A stretch of 64,000 nucleotides of DNA from a virus, in the IMG/VR virus record IMGVR_UViG_3300029822_000004, positions 1 to 64,000 of that record. The stretch is one strand, 5' to 3'. Made by a program: the position numbers and the translations under genes. The notes beneath the pieces are model-generated. The model saw only the letters and a program-made list of their open reading frames with translations, searched no databases and was not told the DNA's origin. How positions within the stretch are numbered: the stretch's first letter is position 1; each line of letters begins with the position of its first letter. Below, piece after piece: positions 18,179-28,241 of the stretch.

Positions 18179-19073
18179 ATTGCTTGAGGAAAATGGAGTG
18201 CCGATGGCCAGCCGAAAGCACGAGCATTATCGCTATGGATGGATACAGGTGTGCTGTCCCTTTTGCGGTGATGGCAATTTTCATCTTGGGTACAATGTCA
18301 GCAAGGGCTACTTCAACTGCTATCGATGCGGAAGTCACGGATTGATTGAGACGTTGGCGCTGATTTGTGACGTGCGATACAACGAGGCAAGGCAATTATC
18401 GCAAAAGTACAAACTGAAGAATACGAACAACACCGAGTATACCACAGATACTATAGCCAAGAATCCATTCAAGATTCCAAGCTCAGGCGATATCTTGAAA
18501 GAACGCGTGCCTTATTGTTACCTACGGGAGCGCTTCAAGGCGTTGACAGAAGCGGCCTTTAAGAGCATGGTAAAGGCCAAGGGCATAACCTACACGGGCC
18601 TCGACTACAACGTGCGAGAATGGGCCGCTAGAATCGTTTTTCCGGCCTATTACGAGGGCCGAGCGGTGTCTTTTCAGGGCCGGTCATTTGCTCCACTGAG
18701 TAAAGCCAAGTATCGGACGGCAGAACCAGAAAATGAACTGATGCATCACAAGACGTTCCTATGGGGCATTGATGACGTACCATACAACACCGCCATTGTC
18801 TGTGAAGGCGTTATGGATGCGTTGAGTATAGGTGATGGCGCTGTACATACTCACGGGATTGAATGGACGAAGGAACAAGCCAGGATGTTGACCCTATTTG
18901 ATAAGGTATATATCTGCTATGACAATGAGGACATAGCATACAAGAAGGCGGCCAAGTTGAAGGCTGAGATAGGTCATAGGACAAATGTTCACATCGTTAA
19001 ATTATCCGCGCACGATGTGAATTCCTGTAGCCAAGATGAACTAGCGGAACTGAAGGGATTGTTAGATGCGTAG
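18156..19073 (+). CDS. DNA primase (Zn finger plus TOPRIM)
   Basis: CPFC..H..CYRC; FQGRS; CEGVMD; YDNE. Confidence 0.9.
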   Translation: MESIGIIELLEENGVPMASRKHEHYRYGWIQVCCPFCGDGNFHLGYNVSKGYFNCYRCGSHGLIETLALICDVRYNEARQLSQKYKLKNTNNTEYTTDTIAKNPFKIPSSGDILKERVPYCYLRERFKALTEAAFKSMVKAKGITYTGLDYNVREWAARIVFPAYYEGRAVSFQGRSFAPLSKAKYRTAEPENELMHHKTFLWGIDDVPYNTAIVCEGVMDALSIGDGAVHTHGIEWTKEQARMLTLFDKVYICYDNEDIAYKKAAKLKAEIGHRTNVHIVKLSAHDVNSCSQDELAELKGLLDA

Positions 19074-19365
19074 CAATAAGGATTACGAGCAGAGCGAAGC
19101 AGGCAAGGCGGCCAAACGACGGTACTATCTCAAACACCGAGAGGAGCGTATTGCCAAACAGAATGAGTTCAACGCATCCGAGGCAGGAAAGGCCGCACGG
19201 AAGCGATACTACGAGAAGAACAAAGAGAAGCTGAAGGAACGGATGCGCGAATACAATCAACGACCGGAAGTCAAAGAACGCCGAAGACAGCTACAGAAGG
19301 AGTATCGTGAACGCATTAAGGAGTATGCTCGCAAGTATATGGATATGATGAAGGAGGACAGCTAA
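19066..19365 (+). CDS. Highly charged helical protein with a SEAGKAAxxRYY repeat
   Basis: Internal duplicated motif. Confidence 0.65.
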   Translation: MRSNKDYEQSEAGKAAKRRYYLKHREERIAKQNEFNASEAGKAARKRYYEKNKEKLKERMREYNQRPEVKERRRQLQKEYRERIKEYARKYMDMMKEDS

Positions 19366-19366
19366 C

Positions 19367-20659
19367 ATGGACGGTGATGTAAGTTTTGGTGCGCTCACGA
19401 AGTGCCCTACGTGCAAGGATGATACTACTGGCGTATGTTTTGATTTCAATGATGGGCTACGAATTGTTACGCCAGAAGATGATGTTGTGTGGCAACTTAG
19501 GGTGTGGAATTATCAGACGGGTGATTTGCTCGCTGAAAAAACCATACCATCAAACTCTTTCTGGAGCAGTCCCAAAAAATACTTTGTGCCATACCATTTC
19601 AGAATCACCGACAACAAAGGCCGGACGCTTGAACACACGATGAATCTGCGTGACATGAAAGTAGTCATAAAGATGCCACTTAGGACACTCGGTGATCCCA
19701 TTGCGTACTTCAGCTACTTTCCAGAGTTCCAACAGCTTCATCAATGTAAGCTCGAAGTACACACCAGACCGCACATCATTGATATGTTCGAGGGACTGTA
19801 TGAAAACATATTGCTTAAGAATATTGATGATGCCGAGGTTGGGGATGTTTATGCGACGTACTATATGGGATTGTTCTTCAATGCCGAATATGCCACATCA
19901 CACCAGCCTTACGATTTCAGAACGTATGGCCTACATCAGCAATCGGCACACATCCTTGGATTGTCTGACATTGGCTATCCGACGCCACCAAAGATAAACA
20001 AGGGCATCAGTACAATATCTGGCAAGTACGTCGTCATATCCTATTCTGGCTCCAAACAGTGCAAGATGTGGAATAACCCCGCTGGATGGCTTGGCGTGGT
20101 GAGGCATTTGCGTGAAATCGGCTATGACGTGTATTGCATTGACAAGGAGCCGGTGATGGGCGTTGGCAACACGTGGAACTATGCGCCTATCGGGGCCATC
20201 GACCTGACCGGCAACATACCCATTCGCGACAGAGCGGCAGTCATATCCGGCGCTGATATGTTTATTGGCATGGCCTCTGGATTGTCGTGGGTGGCGTGGG
20301 CTTGCAATGTACCTGTTATTATGATTAGTGGCTTCAGTCTGCCCTTTGCCGAGTTCCCTTGCTTTCGTGTCATCAATCCATACTGTGAGTGTATCGGCTG
20401 CTGGAATGACACTCGGATTAACTTCAGCCATCACAACTTCATGTGGTGTCCGCGCATTGACGCAAAGATTGATCTCAAACAAGAGGCGATGCGAAAGACC
20501 ACAGACGAAGAAGAAATCAAGCTACTTAAAGAGCAGATAGCGGAACTTGAAAACGAAAAGTTCATCTGCACAAAGTCAATCACGGCATCACACGTCAACG
20601 CTTATATCGACAAGGTTGCGCGAATGATAGCCAAAAAGAAAGAGGGCAAAAATCAGTGA
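19367..20659 (+). CDS. Autotransporter strand-loop-strand O-heptosyltransferase (Aah/TibC-like)
   Basis: FDFNDGLR, KKYFVPY, TLGDPIA, KMWNNPAGW, FIGMASGLSW, ISGFS, metal-binding CIGCWN..WCPR..FICTKSIT. Confidence 0.88.
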   Translation: MDGDVSFGALTKCPTCKDDTTGVCFDFNDGLRIVTPEDDVVWQLRVWNYQTGDLLAEKTIPSNSFWSSPKKYFVPYHFRITDNKGRTLEHTMNLRDMKVVIKMPLRTLGDPIAYFSYFPEFQQLHQCKLEVHTRPHIIDMFEGLYENILLKNIDDAEVGDVYATYYMGLFFNAEYATSHQPYDFRTYGLHQQSAHILGLSDIGYPTPPKINKGISTISGKYVVISYSGSKQCKMWNNPAGWLGVVRHLREIGYDVYCIDKEPVMGVGNTWNYAPIGAIDLTGNIPIRDRAAVISGADMFIGMASGLSWVAWACNVPVIMISGFSLPFAEFPCFRVINPYCECIGCWNDTRINFSHHNFMWCPRIDAKIDLKQEAMRKTTDEEEIKLLKEQIAELENEKFICTKSITASHVNAYIDKVARMIAKKKEGKNQ

Positions 20660-21360
20660 AGCCGTACTACAATGACAAGTGGGTGACGCTGTATCATGGC
20701 GGCTGTACAGAGATAGTTCCTGCCCTTGGTATGTTCGATCTTGTATTGACAGACCCGCCATATATCCTTGATCCGTCACCACAGGGCAGATCAGAGTTTT
20801 GCACTGAGGTGAAGCGACTAAAGACCGACGACTACATCAAGCTCACGGATGGTTTTGATGTCGATGGTATTATGAGCGGATGGCAGAAGCATATGGCGCT
20901 ATTCAATGCCTTCTGCTTTTGCTCAAACAAACAGATACCCGACATCATGAATTGGGGAATAAGCAAGGGATACATAACGACATTGCTCATCTGGAACAAG
21001 CCCAACGTCCCGCCGTTTGCCAATAATGTATGGCGCGGAGATGCTGAGTTCTGTGTCCATATAAGGCAATCTGGGGCGTATTTTGAGGGCGATTCCGAGC
21101 AGAAGAAGAAGGTGGTAGCGATGCCGAGGCTTGCAGGCACGGAGCATCCTACAGAAAAGCCACTTGATCTCGTGTCGCGGTATGTACAGATAGGCACAAA
21201 GGTACAGGACATCATACTTGACCCATATGCGGGATCGGGCACAACCGGCGTGGCAGCCAAACGCCTAAATCGCCGTTGTGTGTTGATTGAGATGGAAGAG
21301 AAGTATTGTGAAATTGCTGCAAAGCGTTTATCTCAGGGCGTGCTAACTATAGATTTCTAA
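20656..21360 (+). CDS. N6-adenine/N4-cytosine DNA methyltransferase (beta class)
   Basis: DPPY precedes HPTEKP and DPYAGSGTT. Confidence 0.92.
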   Translation: MKPYYNDKWVTLYHGGCTEIVPALGMFDLVLTDPPYILDPSPQGRSEFCTEVKRLKTDDYIKLTDGFDVDGIMSGWQKHMALFNAFCFCSNKQIPDIMNWGISKGYITTLLIWNKPNVPPFANNVWRGDAEFCVHIRQSGAYFEGDSEQKKKVVAMPRLAGTEHPTEKPLDLVSRYVQIGTKVQDIILDPYAGSGTTGVAAKRLNRRCVLIEMEEKYCEIAAKRLSQGVLTIDF

Positions 21361-21371
21361 AGGAGTAAAAG

Positions 21372-21620
21372 ATGGGTTTTGTACATGAAACAATCATCCA
21401 GCGACCCAATAAAACCTACGGATGTTATCTGTGCGGGAAAGAAATCACCGGAGAGCACATCAAGGTGTTTTTCGTCGATGGTGGAATGGGGCACAGCTAC
21501 AGGACGCATAAGGATTGCTACAAGGAGGCGCAGAAAATGTGTGCTGATTGTGACTACTGCTATGACTGCCAATATGATGTAGCCGAGTGCTTTTACGAAA
21601 AAATGAAAGATAAGGAGTAA
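21372..21620 (+). CDS. Small Cys-rich hypothetical protein
   Basis: Multiple CxxC; AAGGAG RBS. Confidence 0.6.
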   Translation: MGFVHETIIQRPNKTYGCYLCGKEITGEHIKVFFVDGGMGHSYRTHKDCYKEAQKMCADCDYCYDCQYDVAECFYEKMKDKE

Positions 21621-21623
21621 AAG

Positions 21624-22409
21624 ATGTCAGAACTGATCAAAAAACACCTGCTGGAAGATGTGCCTGTGGTGTACTTTGACTTGGAAACCACCGACGCCGA
21701 TCCAGACTACTGCCGGACTGTGACACTATCCGCATGCAGCAATGGCGTATGGAAATCGTGGTTGTTTGATCCATGCGTATTGATCAGCCCAGGCGCGTCC
21801 AAAGTACACGGATACATTGACATTGACGTGATAGGCAAACCAAAGTTCTCAGATTGCGTTCAGGACATATACCCGCTGTTTGATAGGGCGTATTGGTGCG
21901 CTTACAATGGCCATGCTTTTGACTTCAAGATCATCAAGAGGGAGTTTGAGCTTGCTGGACATAAGCAACCGGTGAGCCTGGGGAAGATTGATCCCTACCG
22001 GATATTTCTGAAGTATTATGGTAAGGCTGGAAGGGGCCAGAGGACACTATCAGCCGCATATAGACAATACTGCCAGAAAAAGATGGTCAATGCCCACGAT
22101 GCAAAAGCCGACACCAGCGCCATGATTGAGATACTGTATGGCCAAATTGAAGAACATGGCATAAAGGACATGGACACACTGATTGAGGCGTCTGTGTTCT
22201 ATGACAGGAAGGTAGACAAGAAGGGCTTTTTCATCTTCAAGGGCCGGTCATTGATGGCGTGCGCGGGCTATGGCAGATTCTCCGGTATGCCCATGAATCA
22301 GATACCGGCGAGTTACTACAAGTGGATGATTGCGAATAACTTTCCAGACGATGTAAAAGAGATAGCGAAGAAGGCAATCATGGGGTACTTTCCACGGCGA
22401 CCTATCTAA
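21624..22409 (+). CDS. DEDDh 3'-5' exonuclease (DnaQ/ExoX-like)
   Basis: FDLETT, AYNGHAFD, AHDAKAD; C-terminal GRFSG..IPASYYKWM. Confidence 0.9.
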   Translation: MSELIKKHLLEDVPVVYFDLETTDADPDYCRTVTLSACSNGVWKSWLFDPCVLISPGASKVHGYIDIDVIGKPKFSDCVQDIYPLFDRAYWCAYNGHAFDFKIIKREFELAGHKQPVSLGKIDPYRIFLKYYGKAGRGQRTLSAAYRQYCQKKMVNAHDAKADTSAMIEILYGQIEEHGIKDMDTLIEASVFYDRKVDKKGFFIFKGRSLMACAGYGRFSGMPMNQIPASYYKWMIANNFPDDVKEIAKKAIMGYFPRRPI

Positions 22410-22428
22410 CTTTATTTTTCATAGTGGC

Positions 22429-22456
22429 TTGAAAAACGCATAAAGTGTGCTATAGT
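22429..22456 (+). promoter_or_regulatory. Phage consensus promoter
   Basis: TTGAAAaacgcataaagTGTGcTATAGT. Confidence 0.8.
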
Positions 22457-22509
22457 AAAGACCGTTGCAGAGAAAAGCGTAAAGAGCAAGTAAACAAGGA
22501 TGTGGGCGT

Positions 22510-23577
22510 GTGAACTACTACAACGACTTTGACAAAAAAGCATGCGCATGGCTTCGAGAGCTGATTAAAGCTGGTGAAATACCAGATGGAATTGTTGATG
22601 ACAGGAGTATAACAGATGTTACAGCAAATGATCTTCGTGGATTTACTCAATGCCACTTCTTCGCAGGGATCGGGGGGTGGTCGCTGGCCTTGCAACTCGC
22701 CGGATGGCCAGAATATAAACCAGTCTGGACGGGAAGCTGTCCATGCCAGCCTTTCAGCGTCGCAGGAAAAGGGGACGGAAAATCAGACGAAAGACACCTC
22801 TGGCCTGCTTTCGCCAGGCTCATTGCAGAGTGCAGACCTCCAGTTGTCTTTGGCGAACAGGTTGAAAGCGCGATTAAGCACGGGTGGATCGATGATTTAC
22901 AGGCAGACATGGAAAGAGAAGATTACGCCGTCGGGTTTGCGGTATTGGGCGCACACAGCGTCGGCGCGCCGCATATCAGACAGCGATTGTATTGGGTGGC
23001 CGACGGCCTCGTCACGGGACGGGAAGGGAGGATATTTGGGGGGGAGGATACGGGACGGGAAAATCAGCACCGACGTGTTGGATGTAACGGCGCAGTTATC
23101 GGGCTGGTCGACTCCAATAGCGAACAAGCAGTCGCCGCAGACCAGAGAAGATTTTACCCCAAATCTCTCTGCGATAGCGATTACAGCAGGGTGGCCGACT
23201 CCGGATTGCTCGGATCGTCGCGGTCCGGGAAGCAAGCAGCAGGGGGTGAAAAATGTTGCGGAATTGGCGGGCTGGCCGACACCGACGGTAACGGATTGCA
23301 GCCGAGGGAACGGGACAATACGTCCGCAGGACACGGGGATACCCTTGCCGCAGCGGGTTGCAATGATCGACAGGGATCAACCTGCCAGACTAACAGCCTC
23401 TGGGCAGCTCCTGACTGGCTCTTCTGCCGGGATGGAAAGTGGCGGCCAGTTGAATCCGGCACATTCCCGCTGGCTGATGGGATACCCGGCAGAGTGGGAT
23501 TGTTGCGGGGCTATGGCAATGCAATTGTGCCGCAAGCCGCGGCGGAGTTTGTAAGAGCATTTATGGAGGTGTTCTGA
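22510..23577 (+). CDS. C5-cytosine DNA methyltransferase, alpha chain
   Basis: FFAGIGG (I), SCPCQPFS (IV), EQV (VI), HIRQRLY (VIII), [10 protein letters not shown] (X); motif IX absent. Confidence 0.92.
   Translation: MNYYNDFDKKACAWLRELIKAGEIPDGIVDDRSITDVTANDLRGFTQCHFFAGIGGWSLALQLAGWPEYKPVWTGSCPCQPFSVAGKGDGKSDERHLWPAFARLIAECRPPVVFGEQVESAIKHGWIDDLQADMEREDYAVGFAVLGAHSVGAPHIRQRLYWVADGLVTGREGRIFGGEDTGRENQHRRVGCNGAVIGLVDSNSEQAVAADQRRFYPKSLCDSDYSRVADSGLLGSSRSGKQAAGGEKCCGIGGLADTDGNGLQPRERDNTSAGHGDTLAAAGCNDRQGSTCQTNSLWAAPDWLFCRDGKWRPVESGTFPLADGIPGRVGLLRGYGNAIVPQAAAEFVRAFMEVF
22616..23554 (+). CDS. Nested out-of-frame ORF: C5-MTase beta chain supplying motif IX (start uncertain)
   Basis: 312-codon overlapping frame ending [16 protein letters not shown], with 4 GW(P/S)T repeats. 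Confidence 0.75.
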   Translation: MLQQMIFVDLLNATSSQGSGGGRWPCNSPDGQNINQSGREAVHASLSASQEKGTENQTKDTSGLLSPGSLQSADLQLSLANRLKARLSTGGSMIYRQTWKEKITPSGLRYWAHTASARRISDSDCIGWPTASSRDGKGGYLGGRIRDGKISTDVLDVTAQLSGWSTPIANKQSPQTREDFTPNLSAIAITAGWPTPDCSDRRGPGSKQQGVKNVAELAGWPTPTVTDCSRGNGTIRPQDTGIPLPQRVAMIDRDQPARLTASGQLLTGSSAGMESGGQLNPAHSRWLMGYPAEWDCCGAMAMQLCRKPRRSL

Positions 23578-24029
23578 TGGCTGTTAATTATGGTAATATG
23601 GACGGCAAGAGATTCAAAGTAGATTGTGGCTGTATGGAAAAGAAGGAAAAGAGGCATCAGATGGCAAGCAAAGTAAGGCGGGTTGAGTGTGGTTGGGGGG
23701 GTCATTTTATTTGTGCCGACATGTGTTTGTTTCGTCGGAATACTCACTTGGAAAAGGATGGTGTTTGGGTTGTGGTATCGACTGTTGGAAATATGTACAT
23801 GCCCAACAGCAACAAGGCATCTGAGATCAGTGTTGGTAAGTTCTATGAGACGATGGTTTTTCTTTCGGACGTGGATGACAACAAATACCATGATGCCGAC
23901 GTAAGTAAGTGTATACCGACGCAAGGAAGATGGTGTATAGACAAACCGAATTGTGACAACGAGGCTAATGATATGCATGAAGCCATTGTTGCGGAAATCA
24001 CTGAACGCATGGAGAGCGGTGCTATCTAA
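23577..24029 (+). CDS. Hypothetical phage protein
   Basis: GWGGHFIC, VVSTVG, YETMVF motifs. Confidence 0.7.
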   Translation: MAVNYGNMDGKRFKVDCGCMEKKEKRHQMASKVRRVECGWGGHFICADMCLFRRNTHLEKDGVWVVVSTVGNMYMPNSNKASEISVGKFYETMVFLSDVDDNKYHDADVSKCIPTQGRWCIDKPNCDNEANDMHEAIVAEITERMESGAI

Positions 24030-24047
24030 CAAGAAAGGAAGTGTCAG

Positions 24048-24350
24048 ATGGAAGATGAACGCATCAAGATATTAACAGATCGCATAGAAGAACTTGAAAA
24101 CCTTGCCGATGAGCGAGACAAGTTTGTTGACAGTTTAGCCAAAGAGCTATCAGAAATGCAGGACTTATACGAGGATGCACTAAAAACGATCGAGGTAGAG
24201 GCGTTTACAAGGGCAGTGCTGGTAGATAAGTGCAAACGTCTCAAAAAGGCTGCGCTAGGCGTGCGTAAACTGGCAGAAGATATCTCTGAGGAGCCTGATA
24301 CTCTGGCAAAAGATAAAGCATACCAAAGGCTTAACAAGGAGCTTGAATGA
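24048..24350 (+). CDS. Coiled-coil hypothetical protein
   Basis: Heptad-rich 100 aa. Confidence 0.6.
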   Translation: MEDERIKILTDRIEELENLADERDKFVDSLAKELSEMQDLYEDALKTIEVEAFTRAVLVDKCKRLKKAALGVRKLAEDISEEPDTLAKDKAYQRLNKELE

Positions 24351-24637
24351 TCCCGCACAACCACAACCGCAAGCCCAGACGCCCGCGCATGGTGGCGATA
24401 CGACGAAGGCAGCCATGCAACCGGATGTCAGCATACTGCTTCATTCCCCGCAGCTATAGGCACCCTAAAGACCTTAGATGGGCAGATTCAAACGATGCTT
24501 TCTGGTCTGCGACGCTCTATGAAGACGAGTTTGGCAATCTCTTTAGGCGCTGTAATCCAAAAGGAGATACGCCGCCAAGGCATGTACGATTGAGGAACGG
24601 CCCTGACCCGATTGTGCTGAGTTCGATAAGTATTTAG
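24347..24637 (+). CDS. Hypothetical basic protein
   Basis: ATGA overlap with AGGAG RBS. Confidence 0.45.
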   Translation: MIPHNHNRKPRRPRMVAIRRRQPCNRMSAYCFIPRSYRHPKDLRWADSNDAFWSATLYEDEFGNLFRRCNPKGDTPPRHVRLRNGPDPIVLSSISI

Positions 24638-24676
24638 GAAAACAAGGATGACGGAACTAGAAAGCGAGCATGAAAA

Positions 24677-24868
24677 ATGATTTACTTTGTAGCGGCTGGA
24701 TTTTGTATCGTGGCAATCATGTTCTATATCGTGATGACAATACTTTGCCATCTTTACGCCAAACAGGAGCACTTGGAAGAAGGTGTAAAATTGGCACTTG
24801 AAACAATTAAGGCCATGATTGATGCGGACGTAGCCAAAAGGAATCTGGACAAATGCAAGAACAAGTAA
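24677..24868 (+). CDS. Small membrane protein
   Basis: N-terminal hydrophobic helix. Confidence 0.55.
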   Translation: MIYFVAAGFCIVAIMFYIVMTILCHLYAKQEHLEEGVKLALETIKAMIDADVAKRNLDKCKNK

Positions 24869-25044
24869 ACAAAGACCAGATGCTCGTATTGCAGTGCTAT
24901 GACGATTCTAAGGAGGAGTGGTGTGATGTATCGTATTCTAGAAGCAGAGATGAGTTAATCCAAGAGATCAACCAGATATGTAAAAATAGCTATTATATAG
25001 ATGATGATTTCAGGATCATACAATACTACACCACAGAGGAATAG
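24853..25044 (+). CDS. Hypothetical protein
   Basis: 63-aa ORF in operon. Confidence 0.5.
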   Translation: MQEQVNKDQMLVLQCYDDSKEEWCDVSYSRSRDELIQEINQICKNSYYIDDDFRIIQYYTTEE

Positions 25045-25047
25045 ACC

Positions 25048-25296
25048 ATGCAAAAACGGAAAGTAGGACGACCGGCCTTGGAGCTGGATATGGATATGGT
25101 CATTGGCCTGTACAAGAAGCACTGGTCGATTGAGGCCATTGCCGCCAAGATTGGTGTAAGTCAGATGACCGTGTGGAGAAAACTCAAAGAGATGGGGGTG
25201 CTAAAAAATGACAACGCAGGAAATAGTAAGCGCAATCGGGAAGGCGGTACTCAAGCCACTAGTGCAACCACGGGGAACGAAACTCCAAATCTGTGA
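25048..25296 (+). CDS. Helix-turn-helix DNA-binding protein
   Basis: GRP...SIEAIAAKIGVSQMTVWRKL. Confidence 0.75.
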   Translation: MQKRKVGRPALELDMDMVIGLYKKHWSIEAIAAKIGVSQMTVWRKLKEMGVLKNDNAGNSKRNREGGTQATSATTGNETPNL

Positions 25297-26143
25297 GGCG
25301 TACTTTGAGCGATTCAGCGACCAGCAAATCAATCTGTTTCTTGATAAATTGAAAAAGAGTGAGTGGGTCAACAACGGTTCTTTTGGTCTGGATGAGCTTG
25401 TAAAACGCGATCTGGTGAATGTACTGCTATCGGGTTCACGGAAAGTGCTCAATGTCAGCAAGCACTACAATCCAGTTGTCATTGCGGGGCCAAGAGATAG
25501 CCACCCCATCACACTAGGCTCTCTGACAACAGGCAAGACGTGCGGTGAGTGTCATGCGCCCATGTCGTTGACTGTATCGCTGTTTGAGGACAGGGCGAGC
25601 AAAGAGCTACTTTGTACTGCATGCAATAGTAACATATATCAAGCCGCCATCACAAAAACAAGTGCCATAGTGGCCAAACGAATGCAGGAAGGTGGTGTAC
25701 CTAATAGATATATTGACTCATACTTAAGAACACAGGATGCCCCAAACGACACGCTTACTGAAAACAGGATGCTACCGCGCGGTGTATACTTGTTTGGTGA
25801 ATCAGATACAGGTAAATCACACGCACTAGCTGGCTGGATGCGCCTGATGTTGTCATTTGGGCATAAGTGCGTTTGGTTGAACTGGTCTGACGAGTGCTGT
25901 AAACTCCACACCGATCAGAAGTATTTTACTGAGCTGGTGGGAAAGATTAGTGGCAAAGTGGTGTTTATTGACGACTTCGACACGACAGACAAGTTCCTGA
26001 CGGTGTATATTTACAATCTGGTCGATATGTTCTACAGAAACAACGTGCCAGTATTCTACACATCCAGCGCCCTGCCCGACAATGACAAGCTGGCTATGCG
26101 CATCGGCAAGACCACCACGCAGATTGAGTTCGTAGGGGCATGA
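25208..26143 (+). CDS. DnaC/IstB-like ATPase, helicase loader
   Basis: CxxC..CxxC; GVYLFGESDTGKS; VFIDDF; adjacent to DnaB. Confidence 0.75.
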   Translation: MTTQEIVSAIGKAVLKPLVQPRGTKLQICEAYFERFSDQQINLFLDKLKKSEWVNNGSFGLDELVKRDLVNVLLSGSRKVLNVSKHYNPVVIAGPRDSHPITLGSLTTGKTCGECHAPMSLTVSLFEDRASKELLCTACNSNIYQAAITKTSAIVAKRMQEGGVPNRYIDSYLRTQDAPNDTLTENRMLPRGVYLFGESDTGKSHALAGWMRLMLSFGHKCVWLNWSDECCKLHTDQKYFTELVGKISGKVVFIDDFDTTDKFLTVYIYNLVDMFYRNNVPVFYTSSALPDNDKLAMRIGKTTTQIEFVGA

Positions 26144-26147
26144 CAAA

Positions 26148-27692
26148 ATGGAAATTGTTGATGATACCACAACCGCGCTTGAACGTCGCATTGTCTATCT
26201 GTATTGCACGAACAACGAGTTCGCCAATGAGATAAGCGCCTTCTATCGCTCTGGTATGCTTGAGGGCAAGTACCTGTCCAAACTTGCCGACATATGCTTC
26301 AAGTTCCACGAGAAGTTCAACAGCGCGCCCGGTGACAAGATTGATCGCTTCATAGAAAATGCCACGGCCCTCAAAAAGATGGATGCCGATACCGCCGCCG
26401 AACTCAAGCTCATTGTCAGCGGGTTTACATCAGAAGCTCCAGCCGATGATGTGTCTTTTGAGATTGGTGAGGCCATGCGGTACTTGGCTGGTACTGCGAT
26501 GTCTTTGGCCATGGATGAAGCAAAGGCCCTGCTGGCAAAGGGCAAGGTGACTGAGGCGAGGGATTTTCTTTCGGCTCTGGATATTGTCAGGGAGAGGCGC
26601 CTTACGGGTGGCGACATCATGCAGGAAGATGTTGATTACCTGTCTGAGTTGTTTGCTTTCAATGCCGAGCCGATCTTCACATTGCCGCAGGAACTTGGCA
26701 GGCTGATGAACAAGACCCTCACCAAAAACTCGCTGGTGGCATTCTTGGGCAGGAACAAAGTAGGCAAATCGCATTGGCTGCTGTACTTGGCGCGCATGGC
26801 AAGGAATCAGGGCAAGTTCGTCATATACATCAGCGCCGGCGACATGACCAGAAAACAATGCGAGAAACGAATATTGCAGTCTGATGCGCACACCACAAAC
26901 TTTAAGGATGATCTGGACAAACAGCGCATACCCTATATTGACTGCAAGAAGAACCAGATGGGGCAATGCCTGGACTGCCCAACAACCATCACACTGCTTA
27001 ATGAGTTTAACGAGCTAGCAGAAGACCCCGAGATGAAGGATGGTTATGAGCCGTGTACCAAGTGCCATGACAAGAGATTCGAGCAGACCGTTGTATGGAA
27101 GAGGGTAGAGCGGCCATTGATGACTGAGGAATTGGCCATGGAAGTGCAGGACAAGTGGCGAAAATCAGGCAAGACCGGCATTCTCCATGTAGAGTCGCGC
27201 CCAAATTCATCTCTTACTTGCGATGAGTTCAAAAGCATTGTGAAGCTCGCATGCCGTCAATACAAGAAACCCAACCCAGATGTCATTATATTGGACTATG
27301 CAGACATCATGGCCAACGAGGAAAGAGACCCACGGGAATCGACCAACAAGAAGTGGAAGTTCCTGCGGGCGTGTGCTGATGATTTCGAGTGCCTAGTGAT
27401 TACCGCTACGCAACCCAATGCCGACGCCTTTAGCTTTGATGACCTGACGCAGCAGAACTTTTCAGAGGACAGGCGCAAGTTCGATCACGTCACGGCCTTC
27501 TACGCAATCAATCAAAAGCCGGAAGAGCGCCTCAAGAGTATCTGGCGTATTGCTGCCCTGAATATGCGCGAGTTCTCATTTCAGGAAAGCCACCAAGCGC
27601 TTTGTTATGGATGTCTTGCTTTGGGTACGCCGCATCTTGCATCAACCTTCCACTATGCACCACCGCCACCACCAAAAATCTTCAAGAAATAG
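26148..27692 (+). CDS. Replicative DnaB-like helicase
   Basis: GRNKVGKS, ILDYADIM, ITATQ, FSED. Confidence 0.88.
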   Translation: MEIVDDTTTALERRIVYLYCTNNEFANEISAFYRSGMLEGKYLSKLADICFKFHEKFNSAPGDKIDRFIENATALKKMDADTAAELKLIVSGFTSEAPADDVSFEIGEAMRYLAGTAMSLAMDEAKALLAKGKVTEARDFLSALDIVRERRLTGGDIMQEDVDYLSELFAFNAEPIFTLPQELGRLMNKTLTKNSLVAFLGRNKVGKSHWLLYLARMARNQGKFVIYISAGDMTRKQCEKRILQSDAHTTNFKDDLDKQRIPYIDCKKNQMGQCLDCPTTITLLNEFNELAEDPEMKDGYEPCTKCHDKRFEQTVVWKRVERPLMTEELAMEVQDKWRKSGKTGILHVESRPNSSLTCDEFKSIVKLACRQYKKPNPDVIILDYADIMANEERDPRESTNKKWKFLRACADDFECLVITATQPNADAFSFDDLTQQNFSEDRRKFDHVTAFYAINQKPEERLKSIWRIAALNMREFSFQESHQALCYGCLALGTPHLASTFHYAPPPPPKIFKK

Positions 27693-27703
27693 CATTGTGT
27701 GAC

Positions 27704-27731
27704 TTGAAAAGGTTACATTGTGTGCTATAGT
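27704..27731 (+). promoter_or_regulatory. Phage consensus promoter
   Basis: TTGAAAaggttacattgTGTGcTATAGT. Confidence 0.8.
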
Positions 27732-27780
27732 ATTGAACAGTAAAGCCGCCTATACACCACACCACCAAAAGGACACCACC

Positions 27781-28230
27781 ATGTCAAATGCGAACGAGCT
27801 ACAACACGCAGTCGATGAACTGAAGTTCAAGGGCCTGGTCAAAGAAAAACTGGGCGAGAATCTTACCGAAACCATAACACGATTCGCACGAACAGCACCG
27901 GCACTGTCATTCTTGTATCTGAGTGAGCATACCCGGAGTGTGATCGAAAATGCAGTAAAGAGCGTCGAGTTGTGTAAAGAGTACCGAGAGATCACCTTGG
28001 ATGAGGCATGCATCATTGCCATCATCCGCCAGCGCACAAACTTCGGTGCGAGCACTATCGCCATATATGCGCAGGGAATATACGAAAGCATAAACAAGCA
28101 TCCCGTGGGCGATAGCGAGGCGTTGATTGCCGCTTCCCAAATTGTGTCCATGATGAGCAATCCCAGTGTTGGTTTGCTTATTGAAACGAATGACCGCTAT
28201 ACCATCAATCCCAATGTAGAACTCAACTAA
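27781..28230 (+). CDS. Hypothetical protein
   Basis: AAGGA RBS before ATG 27781. Confidence 0.65.
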   Translation: MSNANELQHAVDELKFKGLVKEKLGENLTETITRFARTAPALSFLYLSEHTRSVIENAVKSVELCKEYREITLDEACIIAIIRQRTNFGASTIAIYAQGIYESINKHPVGDSEALIAASQIVSMMSNPSVGLLIETNDRYTINPNVELN

Positions 28231-28241
28231 AGGAAAAAGAA

